Source: Candidatus Marinacidobacterales bacterium
Lineage (GTDB): Bacteria > Acidobacteriota > Vicinamibacteria > Marinacidobacterales > SMYC01
Length of the DNA stretch: 64,000 bases
Direction: 5' to 3'
Assembly (NCBI GenBank): GCA_965224085.1
Contig: CBDCYI010000009.1
Location: 32,001-96,000, forward strand
Positions 46,397-54,200 of the stretch are shown one piece after another (position 1 is the first letter of the stretch; every line of letters starts with the position of its first letter). The notes beneath the pieces are model-generated. The model worked only from the letters and a program-made list of their open reading frames with translations, was not told the origin of the DNA and ran no database searches. Made by a program: the position numbers and the translations under genes.

Positions 46397-46541
46397 TGGT
46401 CTTTCTCTTCGTGTGACGATTGGGTACCAGGCGATCTCAAAGGGATGTTCGGTGCGTCAGCAACTCGGTGAAACGCAGGTGCACGAACCGTTGCAACCGG
46501 TCGACGGCGTACTCATGTAGCGGTGTCGCATGCTGGTCCGG

Positions 46542-48131
46542 CTAGAAGCCAGCCGCTTCACCATCGCTGCGTGGATCGGACGCGCCTTCCAGAAGACCGG
46601 ACGGATGGTGCACCACGGCGCCGGCATGACCCATCAACTCGTCGTACGGGCCCACGACTTCGATGTCGTGACCAGCGTCGCGAAGCCGATCGATGAGATC
46701 TATTTCGAAACGACTCTCCATCCTCAGACGGGTGATTTCGGTTCCCCAGGTCCGCCCCAGCAGCCAGCGCGGTGCGGTGATCGCTGCTTGCAACTCCTGG
46801 CCGTAGAGCACGTGACGAGTGAACACTACCGCTTGCGTCTGAGGCTGGCCGTCACCACCCATAGTGCCGAACACCAGGGTACGCCCGTCGTTCAGCAGCG
46901 CGAGTGGAGGTTGAATGGTGTGAAACGGCCGGCGGCGCGGTTTGAGCTCATTCAGCGAGTGCTTGTCCAGCGCAAAACTGCAGCCGCGGTTCTGCCAGGT
47001 GATGCCGGTATCCGGCAACACCACCCCCGAACCGAACTCCCAGTAGAGGCTCTGGATCATGCTGACCGCCCGACCAGTGGCATCGATTGCGCCCAGCCAA
47101 ACCGTATCGCCCGCCGTCGCGGGATGGGGCCAGGGTGCCGCTCGCTCGCGATCGATGTCGGCCGCCATGGCATCGAGTGCCTGCTCGGTGAGGAATTCGG
47201 CCGGGTCCCGAGGCATGTAATCCGGATCCGTGACCTCTGCATCCCGCACCCGGATTGCCTGTTTGGTGGCCTCGACCAGACTGTGAACGAAATCGAAGCT
47301 CTCCACCTTGCTGACACCTAACCGATCGAACACCCCCAGCAGTATCAGCGACGCCAGTCCTTGGGTGGGGGGTGGCAGATTGAAAATCCGGCCGCAGTCG
47401 AGCGCCAAACAAAGCGGCAAGACGTCACGGCAACGGTAGCGTTTGAGGTCTTCGTGCCCGAGCGGGCTTCTGGCTGCCTGCAAGCCGGCCCCGATGCGGC
47501 GAGCCAGCTCGCCGCGGTAGAAATCATCCAGACCGTTGCGCACCAGCAGTTTCAGGGTTTCCGCAAGTGCGAGGTTCCTGAACAGCTCACCGGCAACCGG
47601 GATCCGTCCGCTCGGCATGTACAGGTCGTGGAACCCGACCGTATCCGCCATCTGATTGTGCTTTGCTGCGGTGCAACTGCTTTGACTGGCCGATACGGCA
47701 AAACCGTGTTCCGCGTAGAACACGGCATCTTCGAGCAGGCGGGCAAGTGGCAGACGGCCACCCCAGGTCCTGCCGACTTCGAAGGCGCGCTGCCAGCCGG
47801 AAACCGCGCCCGCTACCGTGAGGGCGGCACCGGGACCACGCGCCGGTATCGCCGCATCGCCGTGGTCGAGATAGTAGCGGGTATCGGCGGCATCGGCAGC
47901 GCCTCCGCAGGCATCGATACCAGCCGGCTCACTGCCGGGGGCATGGAACAGCCAGAAGTTGTCACCGCCCAGACCGTTCATGTGCGGGTACACGACGGCG
48001 ATAGTACTGCATGCTGCCAGCATTGCTTCGATGGCATTGCCACCTTCGGCCAGCACGCGTTGCCCCGCGCGCGCGGCGAGGTAGTGCGGCGCCGTTACCA
48101 TGCCCTGGTAGGCACGTCGGGTCTGCAGCAT
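46542..48131 (-). CDS. hpxW: Gamma-glutamyltransferase-family Ntn hydrolase, oxamate amidohydrolase (HpxW)-like
   Basis: ATG at 48131; GMVTAPHYLA, IAVVYPHMNGLGGDNFWL, PPTQGLASL, GDTVWLG (Thr nucleophile), IQSLYWEFGSG, GTMGGDGQPQTQ, PRWLLGRTWG. Confidence 0.82.
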   Translation of the reverse strand: MLQTRRAYQGMVTAPHYLAARAGQRVLAEGGNAIEAMLAACSTIAVVYPHMNGLGGDNFWLFHAPGSEPAGIDACGGAADAADTRYYLDHGDAAIPARGPGAALTVAGAVSGWQRAFEVGRTWGGRLPLARLLEDAVFYAEHGFAVSASQSSCTAAKHNQMADTVGFHDLYMPSGRIPVAGELFRNLALAETLKLLVRNGLDDFYRGELARRIGAGLQAARSPLGHEDLKRYRCRDVLPLCLALDCGRIFNLPPPTQGLASLILLGVFDRLGVSKVESFDFVHSLVEATKQAIRVRDAEVTDPDYMPRDPAEFLTEQALDAMAADIDRERAAPWPHPATAGDTVWLGAIDATGRAVSMIQSLYWEFGSGVVLPDTGITWQNRGCSFALDKHSLNELKPRRRPFHTIQPPLALLNDGRTLVFGTMGGDGQPQTQAVVFTRHVLYGQELQAAITAPRWLLGRTWGTEITRLRMESRFEIDLIDRLRDAGHDIEVVGPYDELMGHAGAVVHHPSGLLEGASDPRSDGEAAGF

Positions 48132-48349
48132 TGAGGCCGTTTTCGAATACTCAGCGGACGATTCCGCTCCTGCAACTGCAATTGTGAATGCGCCAGGCCG
48201 CCGACGCAAGCCGTCTCACTCCCGCGACACGTGATTCATACGCGACGCATCCGCCGCCGTGAAGGCTATGTGCGTCGCTGTTGCGTGGCACGATGCGCCT
48301 GGTAACGTCACTGGACAGTATCGCGCGGATTGTGGTGGGATCGTTTGCT

Positions 48350-49606
48350 ATGGATGACATGACGAGCAGTCGGACCCCCGCCCTTTTCGACGCTCTGGAC
48401 CCGCCACCAAGACTGCTGATGGGTCCGGGTCCGGTCGACGTCTATCCGCCGGTATTGCGTGCCATGGCAACACCCATGCTGGGTCAGTTCGACCCACAGT
48501 TTACCGCCTACATGAACGAGGTCATGGTGTTGTACCGGCAGGTGTTTCGTACCGACAATCAGTGGACGCTTTTGGTCGACGGCACGGCCAGAGCCGGTAT
48601 CGAAGCCTGTCTGGCATCCCTGATCACGCCGGGGGATACGGTGCTGGTGCCGGTGTTCGGGCGTTTCGGGCACTTGCTGATGGAGATCGCGGCGCGCTAT
48701 GACGCGCGCGTCGAATCGATCGAAACCGAGTGGGGGAGCGTGTTCGAGCCCGACCAGATCGCCGACGCGGTGCGTCGACATCGGCCCAACGTACTGGCGA
48801 TGGTTCATGGTGACACCTCGACGACCATGGCGCAGCCGCTCGCCGAAATCGGGGCGTATTGTCATGACGCGGATGTCGTGGTTTACGTTGACGCCACGGC
48901 GACGCTCGGTGGCAATCCGCTGGAAGTCGATGCGTGGCAGCTCGATGCGGTGACCGCCGGATTGCAGAAATGCATGTCAGGCCCCCCGGGTTCTGCGCCG
49001 GTCACTTTCAATGAACGCGTGGCGGACGTCGTCAATACGCGTAAACACATCGAACTCGGCATTCGCCCGCAAGGAGCCCGGGACGCTGCAGGGGCCCGTA
49101 TACGCTCGAACTATTTCGACCTGCCGATGCTGATGGACTACTGGTCGCCGACACGCCTGAATCACCACACCGAGGCGACCAGCATGCTCTACGCAGCGCG
49201 CGAGTGCGCCCGCGTAGTATTGGCCGAGGGTCTGGAGCAGGGGTTTCAGAGACACGCCGTTACCGGTCGCGCGTTGCGTGCCGGTCTCGAGGCCATGGAC
49301 CTGCAACTATACGGCGACCCGGGTGCGCGGATGGCGAACGTGACCGGCGTAGTGATTCCAGATGGCATCGACGGTGATCGGCTGCGAACCGAAATGCTGG
49401 AGGATTTCGGTATCGAGATCGGCACCTCGTTCGGCCCGTTGCACGGCAAGATCTGGCGGATCGGTACGATGGGTCACGTGTGTCGCCGAACGAGCGTATT
49501 GCGCTGTCTTACTGCACTGGAAGCCGTGCTCCGTCGGCAGCACTATACTTCGAGCCCTGGTGCGGCGGTGGATGCCGCCTACGCCGCCTACGAACAGCCG
49601 AGCTGA
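48350..49606 (+). CDS. pucG: (S)-ureidoglycine-glyoxylate aminotransferase (PucG/HpxJ-like, PLP class V)
   Basis: RLLMGPGP, LGQFDP, DGTARAGIEA, HGDTSTTMAQPL, AGLQKC, SNYFDL, RLNHHTEATSMLY, EIGTSFGPLHGKIWRIGTMG. The start could also be 48359. Confidence 0.88.
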   Translation: MDDMTSSRTPALFDALDPPPRLLMGPGPVDVYPPVLRAMATPMLGQFDPQFTAYMNEVMVLYRQVFRTDNQWTLLVDGTARAGIEACLASLITPGDTVLVPVFGRFGHLLMEIAARYDARVESIETEWGSVFEPDQIADAVRRHRPNVLAMVHGDTSTTMAQPLAEIGAYCHDADVVVYVDATATLGGNPLEVDAWQLDAVTAGLQKCMSGPPGSAPVTFNERVADVVNTRKHIELGIRPQGARDAAGARIRSNYFDLPMLMDYWSPTRLNHHTEATSMLYAARECARVVLAEGLEQGFQRHAVTGRALRAGLEAMDLQLYGDPGARMANVTGVVIPDGIDGDRLRTEMLEDFGIEIGTSFGPLHGKIWRIGTMGHVCRRTSVLRCLTALEAVLRRQHYTSSPGAAVDAAYAAYEQPS

Positions 49607-49618
49607 GCCGTCGCGCCC

Positions 49619-51064
49619 ATGTCGAAACCGCCAGATCGTAAACGCCTCGATCAGGTAACCGGCGTCATCAACGTGGGTCTCGAAGCGTTCGCCAGTGACC
49701 TGTCAGAGCTCGGTGTCGATGTGGTGCACGTGGACTGGGCTCCGCCCGCTGGTGGCGATCCGGAGCTGGCGTCGCTGCTCGGGAAGCTCGATGACGTGTC
49801 GGCGAGCGGCCTGAGTTCGCGCGTCGAGACGGCCAATCGGGAGGCATTGCAGCGCATCCTCGCTTCCGACCCGGTGCTGATCGATGTCGTGCCGGCGACT
49901 GAATGCATTGCCGGGCTGGGGCCGCAAATGATCCTGCATGCCGGCCCGCCAATCGACTGGCAGCGTATGTGCGGGCCGATGCGGGGTGCGGTGGCCGGGG
50001 TCGCGGTTTTCGAGGGCTGGGCGGAGGACCTGGCCGCGGCGGACCGCATGGCGGCGCGCGGTGCTTTCGACTTTCAGCCCAACCATCACTTTGCCGCCGT
50101 TGGACCGATGACCGGTCTGACCACGATGTCCCAGCCAGTGATGGTTGTAGAGAACCGTGCGTTCGGCAACCGTGCGTATTGCACGATCAACGAAGGCCTG
50201 GGAAAAGTCATGCGCTTCGGTGGCAACGACGCGGATGTCCTCAGCCGGCTCGCGTGGCTGCGTGACGTGCTCGGTCCGGTGTTGGGCGATGCTTTGCGTG
50301 ACATGGGGGGCGTCCCAGTCAAGAACCTGGTGGCCCGCGGTCTCGGGATGGGTGATGAGATGCACCAGCGAAACGTTGCCTGCACGGGACTGCTGTTGCG
50401 AGCATTGGCGCCCGCGCTGGCGCGGCGTTGTAACGATAGCGAAACGCTCGCGCAAGCACTGACGTTCATCGCTGGCAACGACCAGTTCTTCCTCAATATC
50501 GCGATGGTGCTCAGCAAGGCGATGATGGATCCGGTGCGCGGTATCGAGGCGAGCACGGTGGTGACCGCCATGTCCAGAAACGGTACCGATTTTGGCATCC
50601 GAGTGAGTGGCACCGGCGATGAGTGGTTCACAGCACCCGTGGAGATGCCGCAGGGCCTGTACTTCCCGGGGTTCAGCGAGGTCGACGCCAACCCGGACAT
50701 GGGTGATTCGACGATCGTCGAGACCGTCGGGCTTGGCGGATTTGCGATGGGCGCAGCGCCAGCGGTGGCAGGGTTCGTAGGGGCCGGACAAGCATCCGAA
50801 GCGGCGCTCGTCACACACCGTATGCGAGAGATCACCGTCGGTGGGAACCCCGAGTGGACGATACCCGCGCTTGACTACCTGGGCGTACCAACCGGCATCG
50901 ATATTCGCCGCGTCGTCGCGAGGCGCATCGCCCCGACCATAAACACCGGCATTGCGCACCGCGAACCCGGGGTAGGGCAGGTCGGCGCCGGGGTTGTCGA
51001 AGCACCGCTCGGCTGCTTTGAGCAGGCGTTGCGTGCCTTCGCGGCGAGGATGGGTATCCGATGA
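49619..51064 (+). CDS. DUF1116 protein (YahG/YlbE-AllG family) with YahG-type N-terminal extension
   Basis: VINVGL...DWAPPAGG extension, then ILHAGPP, MGDEMHQRN, MSRNGTDFGIRVSG, NPDMGDSTIVETVG, INTGIAH. Confidence 0.88.
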   Translation: MSKPPDRKRLDQVTGVINVGLEAFASDLSELGVDVVHVDWAPPAGGDPELASLLGKLDDVSASGLSSRVETANREALQRILASDPVLIDVVPATECIAGLGPQMILHAGPPIDWQRMCGPMRGAVAGVAVFEGWAEDLAAADRMAARGAFDFQPNHHFAAVGPMTGLTTMSQPVMVVENRAFGNRAYCTINEGLGKVMRFGGNDADVLSRLAWLRDVLGPVLGDALRDMGGVPVKNLVARGLGMGDEMHQRNVACTGLLLRALAPALARRCNDSETLAQALTFIAGNDQFFLNIAMVLSKAMMDPVRGIEASTVVTAMSRNGTDFGIRVSGTGDEWFTAPVEMPQGLYFPGFSEVDANPDMGDSTIVETVGLGGFAMGAAPAVAGFVGAGQASEAALVTHRMREITVGGNPEWTIPALDYLGVPTGIDIRRVVARRIAPTINTGIAHREPGVGQVGAGVVEAPLGCFEQALRAFAARMGIR

Positions 51065-51654
51065 GCATATCCCTGCACCGAGTACGGAGCGGTTTTTTTC
51101 TCGACTCGGTCGCCCTCATGCGCATCTCGCGAGCCGTGGCCGACAGCGACGGTGTCGATGACGCCGCACTGATGATGGGTTCGCCAACCAATCAACGACT
51201 CATGCTCGATGCGGGACTCCTGAGTGGTGACGGAATCGACGCGAGTGGTGGTGATCTGGTGATAGCGGTTCGCGCGCGCTCAAGGGCTGCGGCGGAACAG
51301 GCGCTCGAAGCGGCCGAGTACGCGCTTGATGCGGAACGCGGTTCGCGCGGCCAGCAGAAGACTGGCGGCTTTCGACCGCGCGACCTGCGCGGTGCCTCGC
51401 AGGTGCTGCCGGCTGCCAACCTGGTGTTGATTTCGGTGCCGGGTTTGTACGCCGCTTTCGAAGCGCAGAAGGCACTCGCAAGCGGCCGGCATGTGATGAT
51501 CTTCAGCGACAACGTGGCGCTGGCCGATGAGGTGGCGCTCAAACGCCAGGCGCGGGATCTCGGCTTGCTGGTGATGGGGCCGGACTGCGGCACCGCCATC
51601 ATCGATGGCGTGCCGCTGGCGTTCGCGTGTATCGGTAGCCGGGGAGGCGGCTAG
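51061..51654 (+). pseudogene. fdrA: FdrA/YahF (AllF) family protein, truncated to 197 aa
   Basis: FFLDSVALM, LISVPGLYA, MIFSDNV, LLVMGPDCGTAII. It stops 8 residues after PLAFA, whereas family members are ~500 aa. Confidence 0.8.
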
Positions 51655-51656
51655 CT

Positions 51657-52619
51657 ATGGTGTTCCCGATCCCTGATCGTCTGCTGGTCGCGATCGGCGG
51701 CAACGCGACTCACCCCGAGGACATCGAAGGGACCGGAAACGAGCAGAAGGCGATAGCGGCTCGTACCGCGACTTCGCTGCTGCCGCTGTTGCTTTCGGAC
51801 AACGAGTTGATCATCACGCACGGCAACGGTCCGGTGGTTGGCAAGATACTCATGCGCCAGGCGCTTACGCGCGATCGCATCGCGCCGATGCCGCTCGATA
51901 TCTGCGTCGCCCACAGCCAGGGCGGTATCGCTTACCTGCTCGTGCAGGCACTGGAGAGCGCGCTGCGCAGGGCGGGCAATGAGCGCCATGTCGCGTGCCT
52001 GCTTACCCAGGTCGAGGTCGACGGCGAGGACCCGGAGTTCTCACAGCCGACCAAACCGATCGGCCCGTTTTTCAGCGCGGCAGATGCCGCCGCCGTACAG
52101 GCCGAACTCGGCTGGTTGATGAAACCTGACGGCGCTCGTGGCTGGCGCCATGTTGTGCCGTCACCCGAACCGCTGCATATCTGTGACATTTCACTGGTCG
52201 AGGAGCTGGCGCAACGGGGTACGGCGGTGATCGCCGGTGGCGGTGGCGGTATTCCGGTCGTGCGCGCCCCCGATGGCGCGCGATGCGGTGTCGAAGCCGT
52301 CATCGACAAGGATCGGACATCAGCGCAAATGGCCAATATTCTGGGCATCGAGACGCTTCTGATCCTCACCGCGGTGGAGCGAGTGTCAGTGGATTTCGGC
52401 GGGCCCAACGAGCGCTCGCTCGATACCGTGAGTCTGCAAGAGATCCGCCGCCTGCGTGCCGAACATCAGTTTCCACCGGGCAGCATGGGTCCGAAGATCG
52501 ACGCCGCGATTCACTTCATTGAAGGTGGCGGCGAGCGGGCAGTTATCGGTCATCTGAATGCTGCGCTGAGCGCATTACGCGGCGAAGCCGGCACCCATAT
52601 CGTGCGAGACGATGCTTGA
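51657..52619 (+). CDS. arcC: Carbamate kinase
   Basis: VAIGGNA, THGNGPVVG, PTKPIGPF, RHVVPSPEP, GGGGIPV, EAVIDKD, GSMGPKI. Confidence 0.93.
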   Translation: MVFPIPDRLLVAIGGNATHPEDIEGTGNEQKAIAARTATSLLPLLLSDNELIITHGNGPVVGKILMRQALTRDRIAPMPLDICVAHSQGGIAYLLVQALESALRRAGNERHVACLLTQVEVDGEDPEFSQPTKPIGPFFSAADAAAVQAELGWLMKPDGARGWRHVVPSPEPLHICDISLVEELAQRGTAVIAGGGGGIPVVRAPDGARCGVEAVIDKDRTSAQMANILGIETLLILTAVERVSVDFGGPNERSLDTVSLQEIRRLRAEHQFPPGSMGPKIDAAIHFIEGGGERAVIGHLNAALSALRGEAGTHIVRDDA

Positions 52620-53544
52620 TTCTAGCCAGCGTCTGGCGATCCGTGCTATCGAAGTCGGTTGTATTGCGCAGCCGAGTCTGATGCAGGGCACCGAGTTTCG
52701 GGTGGCTTCGGTGTTCACGCGCAGTTGCTACCTGGTGTCCGTGACCGGCGACTGGATCTGCCTGCTGCCCGAGACGGCTACGGCCGACCCGCTGGGTATG
52801 CGGCTCCGCGTGTCTGGCGGTGTGGACTGGCACGCAAGCGGGGTGGCCGCCGGCATGCATTGCTGGTGCGGCGTATCGGCACTTCATGTCGGCGCGCGAC
52901 TGGCGATACACCTCAGTGATGCACCCACCTGGACTCCGCCGGCACCGCCGCCATGCAACAGGGTGTCGCTGATGCGGGGCTTGACGTGTCTCGATGCAAG
53001 CGCGATGACACGGGATGCCGGCGAGAAGCAGGGGTTGCTGTCGCTCGTCTACCCGGAAGCGGGGTATGCTGACCGTCTTGCTCACGCCGCGGACCCGACG
53101 GTCCGGGCATTACGCGCGTGGTTGAGGCAGTCGCTGCCGGCGGCGACGGTCATGGCTCCGCCTGCGCTCGACTCGCTGGTCGGACTCGGTCCGGGTCTCA
53201 CCCCATCAGGTGACGATTTCATCGGCGGCGTTCTGGCCACGTTGTATCAACTGGGCTACCAGCCGGTTGCCGAGCGGCTCTACGAGACCGCCGCGCCGCT
53301 CGCGGCGCAATCCGGCAATCCGATCAGCGCCGCCTACCTTGCCGCTGCTGCGCGCGGCGCGGCGAATGCTGACATTCATCGAGGATTGCACGCAGTGCTC
53401 GACGGTGACATGGACGAGATTGGCGAAGCGTTGCGGGCGATTGGCGGTATCGGGCACACGTCGGGATTCGATACGTTTGCCGGTGTCATCGTGACGCTGC
53501 GTTGCATAGCCGAATTCGAGTTCGGCGGGTGCCCAACCAGATGA
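52612..53544 (+). CDS. DUF2877 protein (YahE/YlbF-AllH family)
   Basis: LVGLGPGLTPSGDDFIGG, IGHTSGFD. Confidence 0.88.
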   Translation: MLDSSQRLAIRAIEVGCIAQPSLMQGTEFRVASVFTRSCYLVSVTGDWICLLPETATADPLGMRLRVSGGVDWHASGVAAGMHCWCGVSALHVGARLAIHLSDAPTWTPPAPPPCNRVSLMRGLTCLDASAMTRDAGEKQGLLSLVYPEAGYADRLAHAADPTVRALRAWLRQSLPAATVMAPPALDSLVGLGPGLTPSGDDFIGGVLATLYQLGYQPVAERLYETAAPLAAQSGNPISAAYLAAAARGAANADIHRGLHAVLDGDMDEIGEALRAIGGIGHTSGFDTFAGVIVTLRCIAEFEFGGCPTR

Positions 53545-53625
53545 ACGAACCAGGTCTTTTTACGGCCGATTACAGGAGTGAACCCGGTAGGGTCGAGGGC
53601 TGGCGCGGTACTCCGTAGGTGTGGC

Positions 53626-54135
53626 CTATAGTGCGCCGCGAATTCGTGTATAACCCCACTTCGGATTCGACTTCGCCATGGCCACGACGAGCTCGGTAAT
53701 CTCGACCATCACCCGGGGTCGTCCGAGCTGTTTCCACCGCTCCGCTTTCGTCCCACTTCCGCGCAATGAGCCTTCGGTGCCACGCCAAGAGAGTGTCCGC
53801 GGTGACGATACCAGCGACTTCGGCCAAGAGTTTCCGGCCAAGCTCCTTACCCTTTACCGCGAGCCGACGTCGCTCGTTATCGGTGAAGCGAAGTTTACTC
53901 CCGCGAAGCCGAGCTTTGAGGACTCTGTTCTCCTCGAGCAAGTAGACGATACCGGCCTGTTGGTCACGCTGGATCCAACCAGCCACGGCGACGACCAACA
54001 ACGTCCAGGGTTGGATCGGCGTGCTCATGACGGAGCATTCTAGCTTCCCTTGGCGAAGTAAGCGTTAGACGCGTCTATCCGAAACGCCCCGGCTGACGCG
54101 GGTCTTGAGTTCGTTCGTGTTTTTGGACAGGACGC
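53626..54135 (-). mobile_element. Degenerate IS remnant (integrase-core/rve-type transposase N-terminus) with its left end
   Basis: ATG at 54028: [10 protein letters not shown]...[10 protein letters not shown]...[16 protein letters not shown], frameshifting into GRPRV...[16 protein letters not shown]. The catalytic core is absent. Candidate end CGTCCTGTCCAAAAACAC (54134-54117). Confidence 0.75.
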
Positions 54136-54200
54136 GGACGATTCTTCCCGTTCAGTCCGCGTCGAGTGCTTGCCGCACCCAACGTACGGCCAACATTTTC

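Noticed and set aside
54064-54071. GTTAGAC as the missing attC right end
   Set aside because: It lies 7.7 kb away, has no complement to the left arm, and is part of a local TAGACGCGTCTA palindrome.
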